Of a stretch of 64,000 nt of DNA, positions 30,457 through 43,199 are shown one piece after another. The position numbers were made by a program, and so were the translations under genes. The DNA lies in assembly GCA_964016885.1 (NCBI GenBank), contig OZ024743.1, positions 376,588,001 through 376,652,000 of the forward strand. The letters run 5' to 3'. The notes beneath the pieces are model-generated. The model was given only the letters and a program-made list of their open reading frames with translations. It ran no database searches and was not told the DNA's origin. Position 1 is the stretch's first letter, and the number at the start of each line of letters is the position of its first letter. Origin of the DNA: Eledone cirrhosa (Eukaryota).

Positions 30457-30489
30457 TATATTATATATATATTATATATATATGTATAC

Positions 30490-30587
<98 letters not shown>

Positions 30588-30701
30588 TATAATATATTAT
30601 ATATATACATATATATTATATATATACATATATATTATATACATATTTATATATATATATACATTATATATATATATATATACATATTTATATATATATA
30701 C

Positions 30702-30776
<75 letters not shown>

Positions 30777-31524
30777 TTACGATGGGATTCTGCAGTTTTC
30801 ATATACTAAATTTCTCTCAAAAGGCATCGTCCAGCTGCTGAAATCGAGGCTCGTGTCCCGCAGAGGGACTGAACCCCACGACCTTATAGCTTTATGCTGG
30901 ATGTAAAGATTTTTACAGGTCGCTAAGTATGGATTCTCGCGCGTTTGTATGTGTTATTGTGTCAGTATATAAGTCTGTTTATGTATGTATGTGTGTATGT
31001 ATAAATGCTTATATGAATATATACTTATGTTTCTATATATGTGTTCACGTGTGTGTGTGTGTATGTTTTGTTTATGTTTATTATATAGTATTTAATAGAA
31101 TGAAAAACTGAACTGAAAATAATCTTCAAATTTTAATTTAATTTTTTTAATTTAATTTATTTCATATTAGAAATAATTTATATTGTTTGTATTATTTATA
31201 ATAATTTGTAATATTAATATTTGAAATTATTTATATTGTATTAATATTAAAAATAATTCATGTTACTATTATAAAATATAATATATGTATTAAAATTTTT
31301 TTTAAATATTGCATTGATATTAAAATAAAATATTTACTCTTTAAATGATGGCTTCCAATTTAAGGAAAAGGACAGCAATTTTGGGAATGAGGAACGTAGG
31401 TTAAATCAACATAACCTCCTCATGATTTGATTTTATTGGCCCCGAAGGATGAAAGCAAAGTTGACCTCAGTGGGATTAGAAATCAAAACGTAGAGTCATA
31501 ACAAATAACGTAAATTTATCCACC

Positions 31525-32097
31525 ACCTTACATTATATTACATTATATTATAAAATAAAGTACCAATAATGTACTGAGTAATTGCTGGCCTTGTGCCTAA
31601 AATAGAAACAATTATATTACATTATATTATATATTTTATATATTATACAAATATTATACTCTACTATATAATATAATATAGTATACTATATATTATATCA
31701 TATATTATATTATACTATACTATATTATAATATATTCTATTCTATTATATTATATTATATTATATTATATTTCATTATATTATATATTATATATATTATA
31801 TAAATAATATACTATACTATATTATATTATATTATACTATATTATATTTTACTATATTATGTTAAAATATACTATAATATATTATATTATGTTATATTAC
31901 ATTTCATTATATTATATTATATTATATTATATTATATTATATTATATTATATTTCATTATATCATATATTATATATATTATATAAATAATATACTATATT
32001 ATATTATATATGTTACATATAATATATATTATATAAACAGTACAGTATACTATATTATATTATATATTATATTATTCATATATTATATATTATATTA
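31525..32097. repeat. (TATAT/ATATT)n pentanucleotide-rich low-complexity tract
   Basis: Direct reading; contains a SINE tail at ~31551-31610. Confidence 0.85.
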
Positions 32098-32434
32098 AAG
32101 GTATCTCTGTAAATCTTTTTCCTTCTCCAGGTTACTTTCCCCGATTTTCTTAGCTATTATTTATAACGATTGACTCACATTATTGTGATTATTTGCACTG
32201 AGACTCATACCTTTCAAATGTCAACATTTCCTGTTTCTTAAGCTAACTCTTGTTTATTTAAAATTTAATTCAAATTCGTATCTTTTTCAAAAGATTAATT
32301 TTCATAGAACTTATGATTTTGTAGGTATTCTGATTTCAAGTTCCAGTAATGCACTGGGTATTTGCTGGCCTTGTGCCAAAAGTAGAATCAATTATTTATA
32401 CTTACAGCACATATGGTGTAATATTATACACACA

Positions 32435-32485
<51 letters not shown>

Positions 32486-32587
32486 ATATATATATATATG
32501 CATATATACATGTGTGCGTGCGTATATAGATATATACTACATTATATTTTTTACATAATATATAAATCATATAGACACATATATATG

Positions 32588-32663
<76 letters not shown>

Positions 32664-32780
32664 GAGAAGAAAGAAGAATACTGCGTGGTTGCACATGGGT
32701 TACATATGATAAAATTAGTCCTTCGTCAGTGATTTGCCAACCATCATTGATATTTCATCATATATATGTATGTATGTATG

Positions 32781-33030
<250 letters not shown>

Positions 33031-33171
33031 TAAGTAGAAGGGGTATTTAATTTGTTGCATATTCACACGTAAGTTTGAAAAATCCCTAATATATTTCCAC
33101 TATTCATTGAATTTCCAACCGATATGGTATGATTTTCATGGGTATGTCTCTATTTATAAAACAAACTTTGT

Positions 33172-33232
33172 ATTTTATCTGATGAAAGCGTATCAATGTG
33201 TCTTGGTACCCTTGAAATATATATAATAAAAT
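33172..33232 (+). ncRNA. Type I hammerhead ribozyme, family H
   Basis: ATTTTAT-CTGATGA-AAGCGTATCAA TGTGTC TTGGTACCCTT-GAAA-TATATA-TA/ATAAAAT; 7-bp stem I. Confidence 0.82.
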
Positions 33233-33309
33233 AAATATGGTTTTATAAATATAGTTTCCATTTATTTAATATCATTGTATATATATGTATATATATATAT
33301 ATATATATA

Positions 33310-33369
<60 letters not shown>

Positions 33370-33384
33370 TTATTATTATTATCA

Positions 33385-33513
33385 TTTGAGTTCAAATCCC
33401 GCCGAAGTTAGCTTTGCCTTTCATACTTACGGGGTCGATAAAATAAAATACCAGTCGATTTAATCAACTTTCCCCTTCACCCAACATTTTTGGCCTTGTG
33501 CTTAAATTAGAAA
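33385..33513 (+). mobile_element. SINE family 1, 5'-truncated
   Basis: GAGTTCAAATCCCGCCGAAGTTAGCTTTGCCTTTCAT core and tail. Confidence 0.85.
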
Positions 33514-34184
33514 TGATTATTATTGATATATATTTGCAAAATCAAACGAGATCGTTCTACCCCCAAGATCACTGTTACGTCATCAATTCATTAGTGTCCG
33601 ACTTTCTTCTGAACTTATTGGATTAGGTGGGGATTTATGTCACTTGATCTTTACTTCTTCCGAGAAATTTGGCTGCTATTTCTCGGCAATAAAGTGATCA
33701 TGCATTTTCAACGTTTACAAACCAATATCAAATAGTGGAAAATATATTTCATTAAAATTTATATCTGTATTTTATTGCTTTTAGGCTAAAAAACAATCAT
33801 TTCATTATTTTCACATCAGGTTTTTTTTAGGAGGGGGGGGGGGGGGGGGGCAGATACACAAACAATTAGAATACATAGCAAAACCCTCAATTTTACATTT
33901 CAAAGTTACCTTGGCGCAAGTAATTGGAATTGAGAAATTATACAGACAGGTATTAAATTCAGAAACTGTAACTATCCTAAACCTAAAACACCCAGATGAG
34001 AGTACAAATAAATTGCTACGGCCGTCGCCCAATTCATATTGTAAGAGGCCTTAATGAAAAAATACTGGAACGATTTTAATCTTGCACTCCAAAGCCATCC
34101 TATGACTATTTAACAAGAAACGTGTTGATGCTAAGGCGGTGAATTAACAAGAGTTTTTAGTACTCAATACATAGCAGAGTATAA

Positions 34185-34296
34185 AAGTTTTAATATAGAT
34201 GAGATTCTACAGGACTAGAACTGTTTCATTCTTTAGAAATCATCTTTCTAAAGAATGAAACAGTTCTAGTCCTGTAGAATCTCATCTATATTAAAA

Positions 34297-34299
<3 letters not shown>
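34185..34299. repeat. 55-bp-arm fold-back palindrome of PLE family B
   Basis: 34185-34239 versus 34245-34299; the spacer TCATC is the reverse complement of GATGA of the HHR core. Confidence 0.93.
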
Positions 34300-34332
<33 letters not shown>

Positions 34333-34818
34333 TATATATATATAATATTATATAATATGTATATATATCGCTCTCTCTCTCTCTCTTTCCTTTTCCATCT
34401 ATCTATTTGGAAGGAATCAGGTGTGTTTCAAACTGGAGAGAGAAGAGTGGCGCCCCTACGACATAACTTTTATAAGTTGATGTTGGATTGCCAGATTTGG
34501 TGGAGCGTCAAATTAGATTCTTTAATTACGCCCTTTATGCTTTGACTGCAACTCATACAACTGAGTTCACTGTATCTTGCATCCTTTCAGATCTATACAA
34601 GAAATGTGAGTTGCTATTGTTGCTTTGCCAAAGTCAATCCTAATTGAGTAGACCAATGATCAAAATCGTTCCACTCATCGCTGGTGTTATATCTTTCCAA
34701 ATCGGTAGAAGTATTTTGGCTGAGAACACTTTTAAGTTAAGATTTACTCAACAGCAGTATTTTTTCAGAAACACAAGTTTGTCAAAGTACATGCGGTACT
34801 ATATAGATAGTATGTATG

Positions 34819-34870
<52 letters not shown>

Positions 34871-34874
<4 letters not shown>

Positions 34875-35196
34875 AAAGAATAGAGGTGTAACACACAAGT
34901 TATTGTATATTGGTAAACGGAATAGAAAATGCTGACAATTTGTCCGTGTTGTTTGCTCTGATCAGAGCAAACAACACGGACACTCTATCTCAAAATTATT
35001 TTTGAAAAGCATTTAGAAATGCGCAACCGGTAAAAACTTAAAAACTTAAAACCACAACTGAATACTAACCCATACAATCACTAATACTCTTTTATTCCTA
35101 ATTAAACCATTTTTCAACTGTGAACAATTTGTCACCATTTTCTATTCCGTTTACCAATATATAATAACTTGTGTGTTACACCTCTATTCTTTTAAC
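34871..35196. mobile_element. PLE family G element preceded by an internally deleted inverted copy
   Basis: Perfect spacerless palindrome 34941-34982; outer arms 34871-34941 and 35126-35196; HHR-like motif at 34999-35035. Confidence 0.85.
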
Positions 35197-35476
35197 TATA
35201 TATATATATATATGTATGTATTTACGTATGTATGTATATATATATATATATATAATGCTACATGTGTGAAGGAATGTATGCATACATACAGCATATATAT
35301 ATGTGCAGGATGGAAAATAAGCATTAACTTTATTGTTGTTTTCATCATCATGTCGTTACCTTCCTAAATATCAGAATATTTGTTTCTATACTTCGTAATA
35401 CTTAATATAGAAAAATAAATTTAGGAAAGACAGTTTACTAATGTTTGTATTGAAAAAAATCAACCATATCTTTATA

Positions 35477-35509
<33 letters not shown>

Positions 35510-35519
35510 GTGGTGGTAT

Positions 35520-35562
<43 letters not shown>

Positions 35563-35776
35563 GAGGAGAAGGAGTTATAAAAAGTAAAAGGAGGCAGGGG
35601 ATAGAAAAAAATATTTCTATTTTTAATATAAATCATATTAAGGTGAAATAAATCCGTTTGATATGAAATGAAATAGAAACAACGACAACAACATGAAAAA
35701 CAGCAACCATAATAATAACAAATGGACATGTGACAAATATGACAAAGCTTGTGAGTGTGATGATGATACATACACC

Positions 35777-36386
35777 TTGTGACTTTGTCATTGTTGCACT
35801 TTGTGACTTTGTCAATGTTGCACCCTGTGGTAGTGCTTCTGTTAAAACTGCTGACTGTTTCAATATCACATTTTGTGACTGTTCATGTGTTAAAGCTTGT
35901 GACCGCCTCAATGTTACATCTTGTGACTTCGTCAATGTTACATCTTGTGACTTTGTCAATGTTGTATCTTGTGACTTCGTCTATGCTACATCCTAACATT
36001 GTTTCAATGTTACATCTTGTGACAGCGTCAATATCACATCTTGTGACTTCGTCAATGTTACTTCTTGTGACTTTTCAATGTCACACCTTAACACTGCTTC
36101 AATGTTACATCTTGTAACATTGAAAATGTCACAACTTGGTACTTATCCCTTTGTTACACCTTGTGACTGTGTTACACCTTGTGACTGTGTCTGTGTTACA
36201 CTTTGTGATTGTGTCTGTATTACACCTTCGTGACGGTGTCAATGTCAATTCTTGTGACTGTCAATGTCACGCCTTGTGACTGTGTTATACCTTGTGACTG
36301 TCAATGTCACACCTTCTGATTGTGTTAATGTTGTACCTTGTCCCTCTATTTGTGTTACACCTTCTAATTCTGACAATGTCGCACCT
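35777..36386. repeat. 24-bp minisatellite
   Basis: TTGTGACTTTGTCAATGTTACATC units, ~25 degenerate copies. Confidence 0.9.
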
Positions 36387-36714
36387 TTCGCACCTTTATA
36401 TGAAAATACTCACTCACAGACATGCAGTCACATGTCACATATACCCACATTCACACCGACTCACACACACTGACACACACACTGACACACAGACACGCAC
36501 ACTCACACAGACACACTCACTCACACAGACACTCATTCACTCACAGAGACACACACTGATTCACACAGAGAATCAATATTTTACTATTTTATCTAACAAC
36601 CACAATTAATATAGGCAATGGTAACTTCATTGAATCACATTTACTGATCTTCCATGTTGGCTTCTGTGGATGTGGAAGAAGTACACTTGGCACTCTCTTC
36701 AACTTTCTCTTGCA

Positions 36715-36727
36715 TTTTCTCTGTCTA

Positions 36728-36779
<52 letters not shown>

Positions 36780-36797
36780 CCCCTTATTTCTCTGTAC

Positions 36798-36867
<70 letters not shown>

Positions 36868-37505
36868 TCTCTCTCTCTCTTTCTCCGTCTCTCCTATTTC
36901 TACTCTTGCACTCTCTCTACCTTTCACTCACCCTCTGTTTACTGTCTTCCTCTCACTTCTTCTCTATTCTCTCTGCCTTTAACAACCTCTCTCTCTACTC
37001 CCTCTCTTCCCCCTTTCACTACTCTCTTCCCTCACTACCTCTCTATCCCCCCCACTCTCTCCCCCTCTCTCTACTTTTTCTCTCACTACTTCTCTCTCTA
37101 CCCACTCTCCCCCCCTCTCTCTCTCACTACTTCTCTCTCTATCCACTCTCCTCCTCTTTATTCTCTTCTCTCACTACCTGTCTCTCTACTCCCTATCTTC
37201 CCCCTTTCTCTATTCTCTTCCCTCACTACGTCACCCTCTCGCTCTCTCTCTACTCTCTTCTCTCACTACCTCTCTCTCTCTACTCCCTCTCTCCCCCTCT
37301 CTCTACTCTCTTCTCTCACTATCTCTCTCTCTACCCACTCTCTCCCCCGCTCTCTACTTTCTTCTCTCACTACATCTCTATCTACCCACTCTCCCCCTCT
37401 CTCTCTCTCACTACTTCTCTCTCTACCCACTCCCCCTCTATCTTACTACTTCTCTCTCTATCCACTCTTCTCCTCTTTATTCTCTCCTCTCACTACCTCT
37501 CTCTC
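36715..37505. repeat. Polypyrimidine (CT)n tract with CTCTCACTAC minisatellite
   Basis: About 800 bp with almost no G on the plus strand. Confidence 0.9.
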
Positions 37506-37779
37506 CAATATGTCCCTAATTAACCTCACCACTAATTGTATCTCTCATTAATCTCAAGACTATTTTATATTGCTGATATTTATCTGGGATTCCTCCATTT
37601 TTATGTCAACTGGTGGGGTGGAGGGGTGGAGGAGTCTGTGGTAATGGTGCGAGGGGGGCAGGTGTAGGTGGCGTAGGGTGACGAGATGCTGGATTTTCGA
37701 GGGTGTATGGGGCGAAGAATAATAGGCAGATTCGTTTGTTGGTTATGATGATGATGATGATGGTGGTGGGACTGATGAA

Positions 37780-37815
<36 letters not shown>

Positions 37816-38240
37816 TGGTGATGACCGTGATGGTAACGATGGTGATGATAATTATAGTAATGCTGATGATAATAATGGTGATTTTGATGTTGAAGACAGT
37901 GATGATAATGACGCTAGCAGTAGTAGTAGGAGTAGCCGAGCTTGGGCTGGTAGCCGAACGCACCAGGTTGTCACTTGAGTATGTGTCACAGCATGTGGCA
38001 TCCCAAATAAGCCCCCCTCCCCCCAAGGAACGGGAAAAACCCTTCCTCCTCCTCTCCTCCTTTTATTCCACACACAACAAAACAAAGCTGGATTGGAATA
38101 CACTAACGGACAATATATCCGTATTATACAGGATTCCTGACAAAAATAGGTCTTTAATGATGGAAGCGTTATTACAGTACAATGCCAAGATTAGTACTGA
38201 CCACAGAAACAGCGTACACCTGTCACTTACAATATATAAC

Positions 38241-38419
38241 TGTTTCTACTTTTGGCACAAGGCCAGCAAATACCCACTGCATTACTGGTACTTTATTTTA
38301 CCGGAAGGATGAAAGGCAAAGTTAACCTCGGCGGGATTTGAACTCAATCCGTAAAGGGACGTAACTGTGCTGCAAAGCATGGCGTCCGACCCTCTACCGA
38401 TACTGCCAATTCACCACCT
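38241..38419 (-). mobile_element. SINE family 1, young subfamily, with TSD
   Basis: Flanked by the direct repeat ACTTAC(A/G)ATATATAAC. Confidence 0.9.
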
Positions 38420-38949
38420 AACTTACGATATATAACGGTCAAACTTCGAATTTCGAATTCCGGTCCGCAAGCCATTAAGATGGTTGTATAAAGTACAATA
38501 AAAGAGATTGTAAAAATAAGCCAAAAACATTCCTTATTCTGATGATGAGAATGTGAAAGTCTAGAAATGTTGTTTACATTGTTACTTTTTGAAAATGTTG
38601 TGCTGCAAAGAACATGCAAGAAAAATTAAATTAAATAAAGTTAAAATATTGGCAATATTGATAAAATATTGGTAATATTTAAGGTATTGATATTATTTTT
38701 TATTGGTAGTTGTGGTGCTAGTGGTAAGTTATAAATAGTATTGTAATAACAACAATGGCAGTATGTATATGATGTATGTGCCTGTGTGTGATAGTGTATG
38801 CATTACAACCAGCGTTAACAAGCCAGTGTGTGTGTGTGTGTTTATGCGTGTGTATGTGTATGTGTGTTAGTATGTGTGTGATAGTGTATGTATTACAACA
38901 GCCAGCGTATGTGTGTGTGTATATATATATATATAATTATAATAATAAT

Positions 38950-39127
38950 TGTTTCTACTTTTGGCACAAGGCCAGCAATTACCCAGTACATTACTGGTAC
39001 TTTATTTTATCGACCCCGTAAGGATGAAAGGCAAAGTTAACCTCGGCGGGATTTGAACTCAGAATGGCAAGGGCCGTAACTCTATGCGTCACAGCATGGC
39101 TTCCGACCCTCTACCGATACTGCCAAA
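38950..39127 (-). mobile_element. SINE family 1, young subfamily
   Basis: Consensus match; its 5' end abuts the LINE fragment. Confidence 0.92.
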
Positions 39128-39490
39128 AAGATCGTGCCTGATTGTAGATGTAGCCTGCCCATTTGACACGAGAGTGCAAGAAAAGGAGAGGGAGAAAATT
39201 AACCGATACCAGGACTTAAAGTGGGGGGTAAAAAGGATTTGGAACTGCCATGAAGTCAGAGTGGTCCCGATTGTCATAAGCGCATTAGGTACTATTTCAA
39301 AGAGTTTCCAAGGATGGTTAAAGAAAATTAGTCCAGCCCAGCTTTTTGGAACACTTCAAAAGGCATGCTTGCTGGGAACAGCAAGAACCCTCCGATACGT
39401 CCTGAATATCTGAGGCTGCAGGTAGCGGCTTGATATTCATTTCAACAAACTTTCCAGTTAAATAACATCAACGACTGAGACTCAAAGAAC

Positions 39491-39523
<33 letters not shown>
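39128..39523 (+). mobile_element. 5'-truncated R4/Dong-clade non-LTR retrotransposon (RLE C-terminus, 3' UTR, (AAT)n tail)
   Basis: Open frame to stop at 39413: CLIVDVACPFD..EKEREKINRYQDL..VVPIVISALG..LQKACLLGTARTLR is the typical restriction-like endonuclease tail; (AAT)n at 39491-39523. Confidence 0.88.
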
Positions 39524-39524
<1 letters not shown>

Positions 39525-39785
39525 CTTTCTTTATTAACCACAAGGGTCTACACAAAGTAGACATTAAGGACAGTACAGGACAATACTGGACGGTACAAAA
39601 GGGCATTTCTGCGTGTAAAAAAACAAAAAACAGAGGATGTAATAATAGAACAATGAAAATATTCCCCAATAGGGGGGAGACTTCCGAGGGACATTCGTGG
39701 AGAAAGCCCATTAAAAAGCCACAGTGACCCTGACCACCAGGGCAAGTGCCCTCTCCCAGTTTTCCACCTTTAATTTACAGACACA
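39524..39785 (-). mobile_element. Putative 3' UTR of another non-LTR retrotransposon
   Basis: Minus strand ends CCTTGTGGTTAATAAAGAAAGC-(ATT)n; no ORF retained; clade not determined. Confidence 0.5.
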
Positions 39786-39836
39786 TATAATAATAATAAT
39801 AAAAGAACGATTTGTTATGTCTTCATTACGTTTATT

Positions 39837-39927
39837 GAGTAGTGACGCGCGTTTCGCTATTGATCAGCTCAAGGTTCGATCTGTATCGATCTAGCCCGAC
39901 TCTGGAGTCAAAAGCTCGTCGGACCTC
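39837..39927 (-). ncRNA. Hammerhead motif with extended stem II, family J
   Basis: Minus strand GAGGT-CCGACGA-GCTTTTGA...TCAATAGC-GAAA-CGCGCG-TC/ACTACTC-AATAAA; U4C core. Confidence 0.6.
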
Positions 39928-40004
39928 TGCTGTGGTAATGACAGAATGTACCTGTAGGGCTTCTATATATGTATGTGTGTATATGTGTGTATGTGTGACT
40001 CTAA

Positions 40005-40045
40005 GAGTGTATGTATTACAACAGCCAGAGTTAACAAGCTGCTGT

Positions 40046-40091
<46 letters not shown>

Positions 40092-41328
40092 ATTTGTGCA
40101 TGTGTGTATATGTGTATGTGTGTGTGTGTGATTGAATATAACTGTAATAGTGTATGTATTACAGCAGCTAGCGTTAACAAGCCTGTGTGTATATATATAT
40201 GCGTGTGTATGTATGTATATGTGTGTGTCAGTGTGTGTGTGTGTGTATGTGTGTGTGTGTGATAGTGTGTGTTACAGCAACCTGCGTTAACTAGACAGTG
40301 TATGTGACTGTGTGTATGTATGTGTGTGTGAGTGTGTGATAGTGTATGTACTACAACTGCCAGGGTTAACAAGCCAGTGCGTGTGTGTGTGAGTAGGCGT
40401 ATATGTATGTGTATGTGTATATGTGTATATGTATTACAAGAACCAGCGTTAACAAGCCAGTGTGTGTATGTGTGTGTATATGTGTGTGTGATAGTGTATG
40501 TATTACAAGAGCCAGTGTGTGTGTGTATCAGTATGTGTATGTGTATGTATTACAAGAGCCAACGTTAACAAGCCAGTGTGTATGTGTCTATATGTGTGGA
40601 TATGTGTCAGTATGTGTGTGTATATATGTCAGTATGTGTATGTGTGTATGATAGTGTATGTATTACAAGAGCCAACGTTAACAAGCCAGTGTGTGTGTGT
40701 GTGTGTATATATGTTTGTGTATATGTGTGTGTATATGTGTGCATATGTGTGTGTGTGTGTGTCAGTATGTATATGCGTATATGATAGTGTATGTATTATT
40801 AGAGCCAGCGTTAACAAGCCAATGTGTGTGTGTGTGTATGTGTGTGTATATGTGCCAGTGTGTGTGTATAATATGTGTGTGTGTATATGTGTGTGTGTAT
40901 ACGTGTGTGTATATGTGTGTATGTATTGCTAGAGCCAGCGTTAACAAGTGCCAGTGTATGTGTATATGTGTGTGTGTGTATGTGTGTGTGTATGTGTATA
41001 TGTGTGTATGTATTGCTAGAGCCAGCGTTAATAAGCCAGTGTGTGTGTGTATGTGTGTGTATATGTGCCAGTTTGTGTGTATATGTGTGTATATGTATGT
41101 ATGTGTGTGTATGTGTGTGTATATGTGTGTATGTATTGCTAGAGCCAGTGTTAACAAGCCAATGTGTGTGTGTATATGCGTGTATATGTGTGTATACGTG
41201 TGTGTATATGTGTGTATGTATTGCTAGAGCCAGCTTTAACAAGCTAATGTGTGTGTGTTTGTGTATATGTGTGTATATGTGTGTGTATATGTGTGTATGT
41301 ATTGCTAGAGCCAGCGTTAACAAGCTAA

Positions 41329-41359
<31 letters not shown>

Positions 41360-41376
41360 GTGTGTATGTATTGCCA
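40005..41376. repeat. Compound minisatellite: conserved ~33-bp core separated by variable (GT/AT)n
   Basis: GTATGTATTRCWAGAGCCAGCGTTAACAAGCCA about 14 times; further units at 38790-38910, on the other side of the retroelement stack. Confidence 0.9.
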
Positions 41377-41930
41377 ATGTGTTCCCTGCTGCTGTAATAT
41401 CTTGTAGTAAAGAAAGGAGGGAAGAAGAAGACAAGACAGTCAGATGAAACATTGCTCATTTATTAAAGACACACACAGACACACAGACAGAGAAACACTC
41501 AGACAAACATACACACAGACACACATACACACACACACAGAAACAAACAAACAAACATACATACATACAGAGAGAGAGAGAGAGAGAAATAAGCACACAC
41601 ACACACAAACAAACATACACAGAGACACAGACACACATTCACACATATATATACACACATGCGCGCTTTCTGTATATCTCTTTCTCTCTCGCTCTCTCGC
41701 TTTCTTTAGCAGCAAATATTTACACACGCTGCCACGTACTGCAGACTTTCCTATTATCCATCTTTTATTGGTTAGCCTCTAATTGGTTTACATCTCGTTC
41801 TCTCTCACACACTCACTCTCGCTTTCTTTCTCTCCTTATGATTGTTGCTTTCTTCATCTCTCTCTCTCTCCTCTCTCTCTCACTCTCCTCTCTATCTCAC
41901 TCTCACTCTCTCTGTGCACCTTTAACCTCT

Positions 41931-41978
<48 letters not shown>

Positions 41979-42030
41979 GGGGTAACAGATTATTGTTATA
42001 GGTAGTCCACTTAAGTGTAGTCCAGTTATG

Positions 42031-42140
42031 GTACTCCGATGAATTGACTGGTTATAACTTTGTATTGGTGATCGAATAACGTGAAAACAAGCGGGTAGCG
42101 ATCTCTAGACCTACCAGTTCAGAGAAACAATTGTCAGCAA
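42031..42140 (+). ncRNA. Degenerate hammerhead with ~80-nt stem II domain, family E
   Basis: GTACT-CCGATGA-ATTGACTGGT...ACCAGTTCAGA-GAAA-CAATTG-TC/AG; homologous to 62423-62533. Confidence 0.6.
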
Positions 42141-42189
42141 TGTGATTAAAAACCTTTTTTGTATAGCAAACCGTGTCACTCTTCTTTCA

Positions 42190-42266
<77 letters not shown>

Positions 42267-42317
42267 AACAAGTAAGACCCCGACGGCTGAGCTCAAGCCG
42301 TTTCGACGGCTAATTCT

Positions 42318-42371
42318 GGGTTGTTATTTCACTGAGGAACTGAAATCAGTTCCTCAGTGAAATAACAACCC
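42318..42371. repeat. 26-bp-arm palindrome at the 5' end of a family D element
   Basis: GGGTTGTTATTTCACTGAGGAACTGA-AA-TCAGTTCCTCAGTGAAATAACAACCC. Confidence 0.9.
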
Positions 42372-42454
42372 AACCAGAAACTGGGCATATCAGAGTATTG
42401 ACAATATTATACACCTAAACAACATATGTACTTGTCTATACCATACTAATTCAA

Positions 42455-42509
42455 ACTGCCTGAAGAGGTCACAGCCAAAGATGGCTGTCACTGAAATATA
42501 TATAGCAGT
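42455..42509 (+). ncRNA. Canonical-core type I hammerhead ribozyme, family D
   Basis: ACTGC-CTGAAGA-GGTCACAGCC AAAGAT GGCTGTCACT-GAAA-TATATA-TA/GCAGT, then AATAAA. Confidence 0.88.
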
Positions 42510-42554
42510 AATAAACGAAGCTAAATTTTAATCATTTGACTTTTTATTTAACTT

Positions 42555-42593
<39 letters not shown>

Positions 42594-42850
42594 GAAGTAT
42601 CCACAGTAAGTTGTGGGGTCTATTCTGCATGAAGAACTCGATGTAATCCATATGTTTAAAATGTTTTGAAAACAGCTGGTGATATGCGTGTAAGTAAATA
42701 TTCTCTTTATCTGATATTTTGTAACTAACCTTACATAGATCAATAACGGAATATAGCTACAATGTATTATCATCACCTAGAAACGATCGTAAAGCAGTGA
42801 AGTATATCTCTAATGACTTGATTTTTTAATATACATATATATATATATAT

Positions 42851-43199
42851 ATATCAATAATATTAATAAATGGAAGCTATCTTTATAAAACCATATTTAT
42901 TTTATTATATATATTTCAAGGGTACCAACATTTTTGGTATGCACTCATCAGATAAAATATAAAAGTTGGTTTACAGATAGTGACATATTCAGACAAGAAC
43001 TTAATGTTGTGAGTTCTATTTCACTATTCAAATAGAACTCACAACATTAAGTTCTTGTCTGAATATGTCACTATCTGTAAACCAACTTTTATATTTTATC
43101 TGATGAGAGCATACCAAAATGTTGGCACCCTTGAAATATATATAATAGAATAAATATGGTTTTATAAATATAGTTTCCATTTATTAATATTATTGATAT
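42851..43199. repeat. ~170-bp-arm fold-back palindrome of family H with two divergent hammerheads
   Basis: 42851-43021 versus 43030-43199 with several mismatches; HHRs at 42899-42958 (-) and 43093-43151 (+). Confidence 0.95.
43093..43151 (+). ncRNA. Type I hammerhead ribozyme, family H
   Basis: ATTTTAT-CTGATGA-GAGCATACCAA AATG TTGGCACCCTT-GAAA-TATATA-TA/ATAGAAT. Confidence 0.78.

Noticed and set aside
32101-32200. Good-looking splice acceptor TTTTTCCTTCTCCAG|G
   Set aside because: No convincing downstream reading frame or donor site; cannot support an exon without transcript data
35633-36117. Octapeptide-repeat ORFs (TLTKSQDV / CDFVNVTS)
   Set aside because: By-product of a 24-bp minisatellite; open on both strands, the frame breaks later in the array, and no exon evidence
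37601-38312. His/Met/Asp-rich ORFs
   Set aside because: Driven by (GAT)n trinucleotide repeats, and one runs into a SINE
40005-41376. CRISPR-like pattern: ~33-bp conserved repeat with variable spacers
   Set aside because: Spacers are low-complexity GT/AT runs of unequal length; eukaryotic context; no cas genes
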